From: an uncultured Acidobacteriota bacterium | Lineage (GTDB): Bacteria > Acidobacteriota > JAQAZP01 | DNA length: 64,000 bases | Assembly (NCBI GenBank): GCA_963836075.1 | Contig: CAWIIB010000001.1 | Coordinates: 160,001 to 224,000, forward strand | Reading direction: 5' to 3' | Shown: positions 1 to 9,498 of the stretch, piece after piece | Position numbering within the stretch: the stretch's first letter is position 1 | Layout of the letters: every line of letters begins with the position of its first letter | Notes under the pieces: generated by a model | Told to the model about the DNA's origin: nothing | Database searches by the model: none | What the model saw: the letters and a program-made list of their open reading frames with translations, nothing else | Translations under genes and position numbers: made by a program

Positions 1-258
1 ACGGACCATCTCCTCGTCGCAGAGCCCGTCACCGGCCTGCAGGGTATCATTGAGATGAAAACCGACCCGGTCTTCCTCGTTGAGCGCCACCGCCACACCG
101 CCCTGGGCCAGTTCGGTATTGCTGTCCTCGACCTTGTCCTTGGTCAGGATGGCCACCGTGCCGTGGGCCGCCAGTTCGATGCCGGCGCGAAGTCCGGAGA
201 TCCCGCTGCCGATGACGATGAAATCTGCAGATTCGGCGCTGTCCAGATGAGAGCCCAT
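1..258 (-). CDS. nadB: L-aspartate oxidase, N-terminal part (runs off window start)
   Basis: Manual translation MGSHLDSAESADFIVIGSGISGLRAGIELAAHGTVAILTKDKVEDSNTELAQGGVAV...HLNDTLQAGDGLCD; FAD GxGxxG plus SNTxxAQGG and HxxDTLxAGxGLC motifs of NadB. Not in the ORF track because it is truncated. Confidence 0.88.
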   Translation of the reverse strand, partial: MGSHLDSAESADFIVIGSGISGLRAGIELAAHGTVAILTKDKVEDSNTELAQGGVAVALNEEDRVGFHLNDTLQAGDGLCDEEMVR

Positions 259-382
259 GGGAGAGACCCGTTTTGGCTGTATCGGAAAACCGTGTGGAAA
301 GGAATCGTAGCAAACGCGTTATGGTAGCACAGGGCGGTGGTGCTGGCAATTTCACGAAGGCTGTGTTCCGCCCCGCCCATCC

Positions 383-413
383 TTGACAGTTCCACGAGCC
401 CGCATGCTATCAT
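383..413 (+). promoter_or_regulatory. Putative sigma70 promoter for the J-domain gene
   Basis: TTGACA (383-388), then extended -10 TGcTATCAT (405-413); the 19-nt spacer is long. Confidence 0.4.
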
Positions 414-456
414 CAAGCACTATTATTCATGTTTCCAACTTTTCACGGGTGAGAGT

Positions 457-2019
457 GTGGAGTTTTTCAGCGGACGGCTCGGGGCTGATATTCACTTTTC
501 CGAACTGCTTCGAAGGATGTACGTCGGGAAGTGTTCGGGAGAGCTGCTGGTCGAACAGGATGACCAGAAGAAGAAGATCTTTCTCGACAACGGCACGATC
601 AGTTACTGCGCCACCAACATCAATTCCGAACGTCTCGGAACGGTACTGGTGCGTTGGGGCAAACTGGACGACGCCGCACTGCAGAAGGCACTGCAGGAGA
701 AGGGCGCTCAGCGTCTGGGGATGAAACTGGTGGCCGATGGCCTGATCAGCGAAGCCGAGCTGCAGCAGAGCCTGCTGCAGACGGCTCGGGAAAACGTCTA
801 CAGCATCTTCAACTGGTCCGACGGGCAGTTCGAGTTCGGGCCCGGCCGGACAGCGCTTCCCGAAGATTTACGTTTTCAGTTGCCGACGTCGGATATCATC
901 CTTGAAGGTGTGCGGCGTATCGAGGACTATGGGGTGGTGGAGCAGGGGCTGGAAAGGCTGAAGGGCGCCCTGGTTATCGCCGAGGATGCACCGGAGGCCC
1001 ACCAGACCGACTCCCTGACGCCCACCGAAGGTTTTTTGCTCTCACGGATTGACGGGACCCTTTCGCTGGATGAGATCTGTGCCATCAGCACGGTGGACCG
1101 CGAAAAGACCTGCCGCGGCCTCTACGGAATGTATTGTGCCGGCCTGATCCGGGGAGATGTGCCTGCGGAGGACAACCTGGACCTCCTGCTGCCGCACCGC
1201 ACACCGGCGAAGGAACCGGATGCCGCTGCTCAACGCACGGAGCCGCGGCCGAAACCGCAGCACGCCGCGCCGGTCCTGCACGACGAGATCGAGCGTAAGT
1301 ATGCCACCTGCTGCATGGCTCAGGTGGACCTTTACACCGTTCTGGAGGTCCAAAACGATTCTTCCGAGGAGCAGATCCGCAAGGCCTACTACCGCTTGGC
1401 CAAGAGGTTCCATCCGGACCGCCACCGTGGCAAGGAAAATGAAGAGCTGGAGGCGAAGCTCGAAGCGTTGTTCATGAAGATCGGGCAAGCCTATGACACG
1501 CTGCAAGACTCGAACAAGCGGTTCGATTACGACCAGGCGATCCTGAAGAATTCAGCCGTGGTGGATCTCGGGTCCCCGTCCGAGAAGATGTCACCGGAAC
1601 AGGTGGCCCGGCTGCACTTCAAGGAGGGGATGCGCTTCTACCTCGAAAAGGATTTCTGGAATGCGGTCCAGCTCTTCAGGAGGGCCATCGACTCCTCTCC
1701 GGAAGAAAACTCCGAGCACTTTCGCTACCTGGCCCTGGCCCTGTCCCAGAACCCCAAGTGGGGCAAGGAGGCTGAACGCTATTTCCGGAAGGCCATCGAA
1801 CTGGAGCCGTTCAGCCCGGACCTGCGCCTGTTGCTGGGCCGCCTCTACCGGCAATCCGGCATGACCCGCCGGGCCGAGGCCCAATTCGAAGAGGCGCTGA
1901 AGCTCGAACCGGGGAACATCACCATTCAGGCCGAACTGGGGGATCTGCGCAGCGATGGTGAGCAGACGGGTGGCACGTTCATCAAGGGACTCTTCCGCAA
2001 AAACCGCAAGGACTCCTAG
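457..2019 (+). CDS. DUF4388 (PATAN-like) + DnaJ J-domain + TPR protein
   Basis: N-terminal GELLV..KKIFLDNG, RLGTVLV and FNWSDGQFEF pattern; J-domain YTVLEV...IRKAYYRLAKRFHPD with intact HPD; C-terminal TPRs. Start uncertain (ORF open from 337). Confidence 0.8.
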   Translation: MEFFSGRLGADIHFSELLRRMYVGKCSGELLVEQDDQKKKIFLDNGTISYCATNINSERLGTVLVRWGKLDDAALQKALQEKGAQRLGMKLVADGLISEAELQQSLLQTARENVYSIFNWSDGQFEFGPGRTALPEDLRFQLPTSDIILEGVRRIEDYGVVEQGLERLKGALVIAEDAPEAHQTDSLTPTEGFLLSRIDGTLSLDEICAISTVDREKTCRGLYGMYCAGLIRGDVPAEDNLDLLLPHRTPAKEPDAAAQRTEPRPKPQHAAPVLHDEIERKYATCCMAQVDLYTVLEVQNDSSEEQIRKAYYRLAKRFHPDRHRGKENEELEAKLEALFMKIGQAYDTLQDSNKRFDYDQAILKNSAVVDLGSPSEKMSPEQVARLHFKEGMRFYLEKDFWNAVQLFRRAIDSSPEENSEHFRYLALALSQNPKWGKEAERYFRKAIELEPFSPDLRLLLGRLYRQSGMTRRAEAQFEEALKLEPGNITIQAELGDLRSDGEQTGGTFIKGLFRKNRKDS

Positions 2020-2039
2020 GTCCAGCCCCGGGTCGCGCC

Positions 2040-2528
2040 ATGCACTACCTCATCGACGGCAACAACCTCATCGGCCACAGCCGTGACCTGACCCTGTCCC
2101 ACCCGGACTGCCGCGGAGACGCGATGATCAAGGTGGCCGTCTTTTGCCGGCAGAGCGGTTGCCGGGCCACGATTTTCTTCGACGGCGGGCCTGACACCCA
2201 CGTGGGGGAGGGTGGCGTTTCCCTCGGACCGGTGCGCGCCCTGCTGGCCGGCAAGGGGGTGGAAGCCGACACACGGATTCTGCGGATGATCGAGCAGGCG
2301 GCCGGCATCGTGTTTACCGTGGTCAGCTCCGACAGGAAGATTTACGGCCGGGCCCGCTCCGCCGGTTTGCCGGCACTGCGCATTCACGAATTCAACGCTC
2401 TGCTGGATACCGAGAGCCGGCGGCTGGCGCAGGGCGAGGAGCAGCAGGCCGAGCTGGAGCAGAAAAGCCGCAGCCTCAGCCGTGATGAGCTTGCTGAGTG
2501 GCTGGAGATCTTCGGCAAGGATTCTTGA
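2040..2528 (+). CDS. NYN/YacP-like PIN-fold ribonuclease
   Basis: YLIDGNNL, IFFDG, EADTRI and VVSSDR acidic motifs of the NYN_YacP family. Confidence 0.8.
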   Translation: MHYLIDGNNLIGHSRDLTLSHPDCRGDAMIKVAVFCRQSGCRATIFFDGGPDTHVGEGGVSLGPVRALLAGKGVEADTRILRMIEQAAGIVFTVVSSDRKIYGRARSAGLPALRIHEFNALLDTESRRLAQGEEQQAELEQKSRSLSRDELAEWLEIFGKDS

Positions 2529-2554
2529 CTGGTTCCCCGGGTGCGTGCTAGCGT
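2525..2554 (+). promoter_or_regulatory. Putative promoter for rnpB
   Basis: TTGACT-N18-TAGCGT with TG extension, ending about 7 nt before the RNA 5' helix. Confidence 0.5.
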
Positions 2555-2560
2555 TACCCC

Positions 2561-2939
2561 GGATACGGAGTGGAGGAGGTGATCGCTCTCCCGTACAGCG
2601 GGGGGAGGAAAGTCCGAACTCCACAGGGCAGTGCGCTGGGCAACACCCAGTGGGGGCAACCCTAAGGAAAGTGCCACAGAAAATATACCGCCACGGGCCG
2701 CTTGCGGCACGGGGTAAGGGTGAAAAGGTGCGGTAAGAGCGCACCAGTCCATGCGGTGACGCGTGGAGCTTGGTAAACCCCGCACGGAGCAAGGCCAAAT
2801 AGGAAGGCAGATAAGGGTGGTCCGCCCTGGCCTTCGGGTAGGCTGCACGAGCCAGGGGGAGATCCCTGGCCCAGATGAATGATCGCCGCCGTCCTTCGGG
2901 GCGGTAACAGAATTCGGCTTACGATCCGCTCCGGTATCC
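2561..2939 (+). ncRNA. rnpB: RNase P RNA, bacterial type A
   Basis: GAGGAAAGTCCGAACTC, GAAAGTGCCACAGAAA, GGTAAACCCC..GGAGCAAG and ACAGAATTCGGCTTA conserved blocks; 5' GGATAC-GGAGTGGA pairs with 3' TCCGCTCC-G-GTATCC. Confidence 0.97.
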
Positions 2940-2976
2940 TTTTTCATGGGATCGAAACATTGAACGATTGCAGAAC

Positions 2977-3013
2977 GGCCGGTCGTCCCCGGGGGGCGGG
3001 CGGCTCTTTTTTT
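2977..3013 (+). terminator. Probable intrinsic terminator after rnpB
   Basis: GC-rich imperfect hairpin followed by a T7 tract. Confidence 0.5.
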
Positions 3014-3024
3014 CCAGGGGGCCG

Positions 3025-3984
3025 ATGACCGTGAAAAAAGGACAGGGCCGTGTCGTTCCCCCGCCGCTGGCAGCGGGGGACACGGTGGCCATTGTTTCTC
3101 CGGCCGGTCCGGTGAGCGCCGGGTCGCTGGACCGGGGGCAGCGGTTTCTGGAGCAGCGCGGGTATCGTGTGCGCCGGGGTCGTTTTGCCCTGGCCCGGCA
3201 CGGCTATCTCGCCGGTACCGACCGCCAGCGACTGGCTGACCTGAACAGTGCCATTGCCGCCCCCGAGGTGCGGGCCGTATTTTTCTCCCGGGGCGGATAT
3301 GGCACCACCCGCCTGCTGCACGACGTCGACCTCGCTCCACTGGCCCGCCGGCCCAAGATCTTTCTGGGGTTCAGCGACCTCACCGCGCTGCTCAACCGGA
3401 TTACCGCAGAGGCCGGCCTGGTGACCTACCTCGGTCCAATGGTGGCCTCGGACATGTGCCGCGGCCTGAATGGCCGGACACTGTCCTCATTTGAAACCAT
3501 GATCGAGGGGCGAACGGGCGGCGTTATCCTGCGCTGCGCCTCCGGCCGGGCAGCCGCGGGTGCCCGGAGGGGGTTCCTGCGGAGCGGGAAAGCCACGGCA
3601 GAACTTGCCGGGGGCTGTCTCTCCATGATCGTCGCCGCTCTGGGAACCGGCAGCCAGCTCTCGCTGGCCGGCAGGATCCTCTTCTGGGAGGAGGTAAACG
3701 AACCGGCATACCGCCTCGACCGCATGCTGACCCAATTGCAGCAGGCCGGTCTGCTGGACGACCTCGCCGGAATGATTGTCGGCGGGCTGCGGGGCTGCGG
3801 CACGACAACCCCGGGCGGCGGGAGTGGGGTACGGCGTTTTCTGGACGGGCTTCTGGGTTCCGTGCGCTGCCCGATCTACTTCGGCTTTCCGTCCGGACAC
3901 GGTGCGGCAAAGGTTGTCCTGCCCATCGGGCTGCCGGTGACCCTCGATTCGGACCGCGGTCTGGTGAGCTACGCCCGGGGGTGA
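3025..3984 (+). CDS. LD-carboxypeptidase (peptidase S66)
   Basis: GDTVAIVSPAG, RGGYG, GFSDLT (catalytic Ser), LFWEEVNE (Glu), GH (His). Confidence 0.9.
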   Translation: MTVKKGQGRVVPPPLAAGDTVAIVSPAGPVSAGSLDRGQRFLEQRGYRVRRGRFALARHGYLAGTDRQRLADLNSAIAAPEVRAVFFSRGGYGTTRLLHDVDLAPLARRPKIFLGFSDLTALLNRITAEAGLVTYLGPMVASDMCRGLNGRTLSSFETMIEGRTGGVILRCASGRAAAGARRGFLRSGKATAELAGGCLSMIVAALGTGSQLSLAGRILFWEEVNEPAYRLDRMLTQLQQAGLLDDLAGMIVGGLRGCGTTTPGGGSGVRRFLDGLLGSVRCPIYFGFPSGHGAAKVVLPIGLPVTLDSDRGLVSYARG

Positions 3985-4092
3985 GAATCCGGGTCTTTAG
4001 TGCAGCCGTGAGAATTCCGATTTGTTATTCAGTGAGGGAAGAGTGCATCAGGCCCCTCGAAACTGGAACCGGCCGATCCTCGGAGGGAGGAG

Positions 4093-4464
4093 ATGAATAC
4101 AGATACCAGTCCTTCGTACGAGCGCAGAATGTACCCGCGGGTGGATATGATACGGATGGACAGCGGCGCCGAGGAACAGAAGTCGGTGCGGATCATCGAC
4201 ATCAGCGCCAGCGGTGCCCAGGTGGAATTCCCCACCCCTCTGACGCCCGGACAGCTTTACGAAGTGCAGCTCACTTTTCCCGACCGTCAGATCCGGACTC
4301 GAGTCCGGGTCACCCGCTGTCTCCATTCAGGGGGGGCCGGAGACGCCGCGGATGGACGCCAGCCAAAAGGTTTTCTGGCCGGTCTGGATTTTATCGGTCT
4401 CGATTCCGGGGATCAGAAATACCTGGAGGGATACGTTGCCGGCCAGTCCGAGCTGAAGAAGTAG
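4093..4464 (+). CDS. Stand-alone PilZ-domain protein (c-di-GMP receptor)
   Basis: RRMYPR (RxxxR) and DISASG (DxSxxG) motifs; strong SD GGAGGGAGGAG. Confidence 0.82.
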   Translation: MNTDTSPSYERRMYPRVDMIRMDSGAEEQKSVRIIDISASGAQVEFPTPLTPGQLYEVQLTFPDRQIRTRVRVTRCLHSGGAGDAADGRQPKGFLAGLDFIGLDSGDQKYLEGYVAGQSELKK

Positions 4465-4622
4465 GTCCGGCCGTCCGTTCATCGCTCAGCGGGGTGCTAT
4501 GGCCGGAACCCACGTTTGTCCGGCACAATTGATCCCCGTCACGAATCTGCTTACAATCAACCCTGGAATGGCGGCGGCCATGTGAAAAAAGGGGAAAGTG
4601 CCGCTTTCCAGCGGGGTGCGGG

Positions 4623-5120
4623 ATGCGAAGACGGGTCATCGGTGTGGTGGGAGGTGCCGGGGCCGACCGGGAAGCCTGCCGGCTGGCCTACCGGCTGGGC
4701 CGGATGGTGGCCGGTGGCGGAGACGTGCTGCTCTGTGGGGGTCGGCCCGAGGGGGTGATGGAGCACGCCGCCCGCGGGGCGCGCGATGGTGGCGGGTTGA
4801 CCCTGGGTATCCTTCCGGGGAACGATCCCGACCAGGCATCGCCGAATATCGACCTGGCCGTGGCCACAGGTATGGGCAACGCCCGCAACGCGATAAATGT
4901 GCTCTCCAGCGACGCAGTGGTGGCTTGTGCCGGTGGCACGGGAACCATTTCCGAGGTGGCTCTTGCCCTGAAGAGCGGAAAATTGGTAGTGGCTCTGGGG
5001 TTTGATCCGGGTAGTTGCTTTATGCCCTGGCTCGGCCGGGGGTTATATCGTGCCGGCTCCGCCGAGGAGGCGTACCGCCTGGTGTCGGACCACCTGGATC
5101 AGAGGGCCAAGACCCGGTGA
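4623..5120 (+). CDS. TIGR00725-like SLOG/LOG-superfamily protein
   Basis: IGVVGG, CGG..GVME.AARGA, GILP, TGMGNARN, GGTGTISE motifs. Confidence 0.85.
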   Translation: MRRRVIGVVGGAGADREACRLAYRLGRMVAGGGDVLLCGGRPEGVMEHAARGARDGGGLTLGILPGNDPDQASPNIDLAVATGMGNARNAINVLSSDAVVACAGGTGTISEVALALKSGKLVVALGFDPGSCFMPWLGRGLYRAGSAEEAYRLVSDHLDQRAKTR

Positions 5121-5171
5121 CCGGCCCGCGATGGAGCGGACAGTGTTGTAGAATCAGACGAGGACGGGACT

Positions 5172-6308
5172 GTGGATTCCATACAGGTCACGGTTCAGGG
5201 GTTGCAGTATCCCATCACCTTTGGCAGCGATCTGCCCGGGTGGTTGGGTGGCGCGCTGCCCGGGGGAGGGAAGGCGACACCCTTCGTGCTGCTGCTGGTG
5301 GACGAAAAGGTCAGCGAGCTGCACGGTGCCCGGCTGCACCAGGCTTTCGATCAGCTGGGTCTGGAGGTGCGGACCATTCTGGTTCCCGCCGGGGAGACGT
5401 CCAAATCCCTTGAGGTTTACGGCCGTCTCTGTGACCAGGTGCTGTCCTGCGGGCCGGAGCGGGCGACGCCGCTGGTTTCCTGCGGGGGTGGGGTGACCGG
5501 GGACGTTGCCGGATTCGTGGCCGCCACCGTGCTCCGCGGCTTGCCGCTGTACCAGGTGCCCACCACCACTCTGGCCCAGGCCGACAGCGGTGTGGGGGGC
5601 AAGGTGGGGTTGAATCATCCGACGGGGAAAAACCTGCTGGGCGCCTTTTACCAGCCCCGCGCCGTCTATATCGATCCGGCGTTCACCCGGACTCTTGACC
5701 AGCGGGACTACCTGGCTGGACTCTTCGAAGTGGTGAAGATGGGGCTGATCCTGGATGACCGGCTCCACGTCTGGCTGGTGGAGCGGTGGGATCGTCTGCA
5801 GGCGCGGCAGGAGAAGGATCTGGTCCATGCGTTGAAGGCCAGCTGCCGTCTCAAGGCCCGGGTGGTGGAACTGGACGAACGGGAAAAGGGCCCGCGCCGG
5901 GTGCTCAATTTCGGGCACACCGTGGGCCATGTGTTGGAACACCTTTCCGCGGGATCCCTGCGGCACGGTGAGGCCGTGGCCTGGGGGATGGCGGCGGCCG
6001 TCCACCTGTCGGTGGAGCGGGCCGGCCTGGACCGGGAGCAGGCTCTGGCGATCAAGTCCTTGATCTTCGGGCAGCAGATGCTGAGCCGGCCGGACCCTCC
6101 CGATGTTGACTCCTTTCTCCGGCTGCTGGAAAAGGACAAGAAACGGCGTGGAGAAACCATCGACGTTGTCCTGCTCCGGTCGGTGGGCCATACGGTGATC
6201 AATCAGAACCTCGCAGCGGAAGAGATCTGGCAGGCGGCCTGTGACGTGATCCAGGAAGACCGGTCACGCCGGAGACCCGAACCAAGCAGAAAGGCGGCAG
6301 CTGAATGA
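5172..6308 (+). CDS. aroB: 3-dehydroquinate synthase
   Basis: GGGVTGDVAGF, VPTT.LAQADS.VGGK, KNLLGAFYQP, LNFGHT, HGEAVA. Confidence 0.96.
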   Translation: MDSIQVTVQGLQYPITFGSDLPGWLGGALPGGGKATPFVLLLVDEKVSELHGARLHQAFDQLGLEVRTILVPAGETSKSLEVYGRLCDQVLSCGPERATPLVSCGGGVTGDVAGFVAATVLRGLPLYQVPTTTLAQADSGVGGKVGLNHPTGKNLLGAFYQPRAVYIDPAFTRTLDQRDYLAGLFEVVKMGLILDDRLHVWLVERWDRLQARQEKDLVHALKASCRLKARVVELDEREKGPRRVLNFGHTVGHVLEHLSAGSLRHGEAVAWGMAAAVHLSVERAGLDREQALAIKSLIFGQQMLSRPDPPDVDSFLRLLEKDKKRRGETIDVVLLRSVGHTVINQNLAAEEIWQAACDVIQEDRSRRRPEPSRKAAAE

Positions 6309-8671
6309 AATCGATCGTTTTCAGAGTTCTTTTGCTTCTGGCCCTGGTGTCGACGCCGTTGCCGGCCGACATCGATCCGGCGGGAGTGGCCCCGGCCGTG
6401 CCCATGCCGGATTCGGGGGCGGAAGTGGAGGGGGCCGCCGACACACCGGGAGGACGGTCACAGGCTTACTACCACTTCCTGCTGGCCAAGGGATACGAGT
6501 TCGAGCACCTCTACGACGATGCCATTCGTGAGCTTCAACAGGCCCTGCTCTTCGATGACCAAACCGCTTTCATCCATTCCGAACTGGCGGCCCTGTACCA
6601 GCGGCTGGGGCGGGAGGGCAAGGCGCTGGAGCACGGGCACGCCGCCATCGAGGCCGATCCGGAGGATGTGGAGGCCCGGGTGTTCCTCGGGATGCTCTAT
6701 TTCAAAAAAAGCCGGCAGGAGGAAAAATACCGCGCGGAGCTGACCGAAAAGGCCATTGAGCAGTTTGTCCAGGCGCTGTCTCTCGACCCGGATCGCGAGG
6801 ATGCCTACCTCGATCTGTCCCACATCTACCACGTCAACGATCGCGATGAGGACGCCCTGGAGTTACTGCAGCGGCTGTTGGAACGGTCGCCATACAGCGA
6901 ACGGGCCCTCTTCGCCCTGGGCAATATCCACTGGTCCCGGCAGGAGTGGGAAAAGTCGCTGGAGGATTACCTGCGTATTCTGGAAATCAACCCCGATTCC
7001 ATCCGGGCCCTGCTGGACGTGGCCGATACCTACAACAACCTGGAAGATCCCGAAAGCGCGTTGCCGTATTATCTCCAAGCCCTGGAGAACAATCCGGAAT
7101 CGTTCAACATTCTTAACCAGGTGGGCACCTGTTACGAGGAGCTGCGGCAGCTGGACCTTGCTGCGCGCTACTACCAGAAGGCCCTGTCGCTCAAGCCGGA
7201 CAGCCTCGAAATTCTGGATGCCCTGGGCAATGTGTCCTTCATGGCACGGAAATATCTCGCCGCCACCGGCTACTACCTCCAGGTCCTGGAAGCGGAACCG
7301 GACCGGATGGTGACCCGTTTCAATCTCGCCAGGTCCTACAAGGGCCTGGGAGAGTCGACTCTGGCCCTGACGCACCTGGAGCGCCTCAACCAGCAGTTGC
7401 GCGACCTGTTCCGCGAGGGTGAGGGGAGCGAGGATCTACAGCGGTTCAAACGGCTGGTCCTGGAGCAACTGGCCAACATCCACGTTTCCCTCGAGCAATA
7501 CGACGGGGCCCTGGCCGTCCTCGAGGAGGCGTCGGCCGCGGATGGCGAGGTGGACCTGGAAGTGCTGCACAACCTGGCCCGCGTGCATCACATGCAGGGC
7601 AACATGGGTGCGGCGCTGCAGGTTCTTGCCCGCTGCCGGGAACAGTTTGACGACCAGCAGGAGACGGACCTCCTGGAGGTGGAGATCCGCCTGGATGCCG
7701 GTCAGCTTGACGGCGTGGACGAAGCGTTGGACCGGTTGGAGAAACTGGCCGGGCAGCAGGGGGTGGACTCCGATCTCTGGCGCAGGCTGGTGGTGCTCTG
7801 CACCGAGAACGGCTACCCGCAGCGGGCCGCGCGGTTGCTGGAGAGCATCACCGCCGGCGAAGCAGGAAAGACACCGATGAGCCTGTTCTTTCTCTCCCGG
7901 GTGCGGATGGACCAGGACGACCTGGAGGGGGCAATGGCCAGCATCCGTGAAGGGCAGCAGCTGTTTCCCGAGGACAGCGACTTCATCTTTCTCGAAGGGG
8001 AGGTCCTGCTGCTGCGGGGCCAGGATGAGAAGTGCCGGGCACTGCTGTCCGGCCTGCTCAAGGGTGAGAAGACCGAGGCCGACGAGTATCTTCGGTCGTC
8101 GCTGCTCTTCAACCGTTTTGAAAAATACGAGCTGGCCGGGGAGTCGCTGGCCAGCGGTCTGAAGCGCTTTCCCGACGACACCACGCTGCTCTTCCAGCAG
8201 GCGGCCACCCTGGAACGCGCGGGGCGGCTGACCGAGGCGGAGAAAGGGTTCAGGCGCCTCCTGGAACTGGAACCGGACAACGCCCAGGCCCTCAACTACC
8301 TCGGCTACATGCTGGCCCAGAGCGGAGAGCGCCTGGACGAGGCCATTGCCCTGGTGGGGCGGGCCCTCCGTGAGGAGCCACGAAACGGTGCGTATCTGGA
8401 CAGCATGGGCTGGGCGCTCTTCAGGGCGGGCATGACCAGGCAGGCCGGGAGTTACCTGCTGGACGCGCTGAAGCTGATCCCCGACGACCCCACCATACGC
8501 GAACATGTGGGTGACTACTTCCTGGCCCTGGGGCAGCGGGACGACGCACTGGTGCACTACCGCAAGGCGCTGGAGTTCGGGGCCGAGGATCCGGACGCGG
8601 TGGAGCGGAAGATGCGGCCGCTTGATCAGGGCGATACCGTTATCAGCGGGGCCGACGGGGAGACTCAATGA
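6305..8671 (+). CDS. Exported TPR-repeat protein
   Basis: Signal peptide, many TPRs, C-terminal ALNYLGYMLA...YLDSMGW motif; the gene normally found upstream of lolB-ispE. Confidence 0.85.
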   Translation: MKSIVFRVLLLLALVSTPLPADIDPAGVAPAVPMPDSGAEVEGAADTPGGRSQAYYHFLLAKGYEFEHLYDDAIRELQQALLFDDQTAFIHSELAALYQRLGREGKALEHGHAAIEADPEDVEARVFLGMLYFKKSRQEEKYRAELTEKAIEQFVQALSLDPDREDAYLDLSHIYHVNDRDEDALELLQRLLERSPYSERALFALGNIHWSRQEWEKSLEDYLRILEINPDSIRALLDVADTYNNLEDPESALPYYLQALENNPESFNILNQVGTCYEELRQLDLAARYYQKALSLKPDSLEILDALGNVSFMARKYLAATGYYLQVLEAEPDRMVTRFNLARSYKGLGESTLALTHLERLNQQLRDLFREGEGSEDLQRFKRLVLEQLANIHVSLEQYDGALAVLEEASAADGEVDLEVLHNLARVHHMQGNMGAALQVLARCREQFDDQQETDLLEVEIRLDAGQLDGVDEALDRLEKLAGQQGVDSDLWRRLVVLCTENGYPQRAARLLESITAGEAGKTPMSLFFLSRVRMDQDDLEGAMASIREGQQLFPEDSDFIFLEGEVLLLRGQDEKCRALLSGLLKGEKTEADEYLRSSLLFNRFEKYELAGESLASGLKRFPDDTTLLFQQAATLERAGRLTEAEKGFRRLLELEPDNAQALNYLGYMLAQSGERLDEAIALVGRALREEPRNGAYLDSMGWALFRAGMTRQAGSYLLDALKLIPDDPTIREHVGDYFLALGQRDDALVHYRKALEFGAEDPDAVERKMRPLDQGDTVISGADGETQ

Positions 8672-9486
8672 AGCCGAAACGGCAGCGGCTGTTCCCGGTG
8701 TCATTGATCCTGATCCTGTTCGGTGCTGCGGCCGGGCAGATAGTCCTCCTGGGGTGCTCGGCGCGGCTGGCCGGCAAAGCGGTGCCGTCCGCCGGTGCTG
8801 TTCAGGGCTGCCCGGAGGCTCACCTGGCCAACCTGGAACTGCGGCGGCTGTCGGCCGGAGCGGCGGGCCGGGGACGAGTGCAGTTTGTGGCGGACGACAG
8901 CCGCGGACGGGCTTCCTTCGACTTCGTGTTCCGCCGGCCTGATTCTTTGCGGCTGCAGTTCCTCTCTCCGCTGGGCCCGGCCGCCGCGGTTCTCGATCTC
9001 AGCGGTGATCACTATCTTTTTGCCGATTTTCGCCAGGGGGTCTTTCTCCGGGGCCATGCCGCCGAGGTGGGTTTTCATCGGCTCACCGGCCTTCCGGTTG
9101 CTCCCCGGACCCTGGTTGCGGTGTTGCTGGCCGAGCCGTTGCCCGACCAGGACGGGGTGGCAGAGTTGCGTTTTCAGGATGAAACGTGTCTGCCGCACTC
9201 CTGTGAACTTCGTGGCCGACCCACGGAACCGGCGGTGACCGTGGAATATCACTGGCCCGCCGGGGCCACCGCCCGAGGGGGCGATGATGGCGGTCTGCTC
9301 CTCCCCGACCGGGTGGTCTTCCATGGACCTGAGGCAGGCCGGAAGACCACCATCAGGTTCAAGAGCGTACGTCCACTGTCCGAAACTGAGCGCCGGCAGG
9401 CCCCCGACCCCATCGACACCACCGGACTGCACCCCGCGGTTCCGGACGACACCGGTGAAACCGTGCTTCCCCGGTGGCTCCGATAG
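8668..9486 (+). CDS. Putative lipoprotein, LolB-like by position
   Basis: Hydrophobic N-terminus with LLGC lipobox-like site; PDSLRLQFLSPLG and TGLPV motifs reminiscent of LolB; lies between the TPR gene and ispE. Confidence 0.55.
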   Translation: MKPKRQRLFPVSLILILFGAAAGQIVLLGCSARLAGKAVPSAGAVQGCPEAHLANLELRRLSAGAAGRGRVQFVADDSRGRASFDFVFRRPDSLRLQFLSPLGPAAAVLDLSGDHYLFADFRQGVFLRGHAAEVGFHRLTGLPVAPRTLVAVLLAEPLPDQDGVAELRFQDETCLPHSCELRGRPTEPAVTVEYHWPAGATARGGDDGGLLLPDRVVFHGPEAGRKTTIRFKSVRPLSETERRQAPDPIDTTGLHPAVPDDTGETVLPRWLR

Positions 9487-9498
9487 CGCAGGTACGGC

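Noticed and set aside
2016-3340. Minus-strand ORFs of 260 and 318 aa
   Set aside because: They are antisense to the NYN gene, rnpB and the LD-carboxypeptidase; typical shadow ORFs over RNase P RNA.
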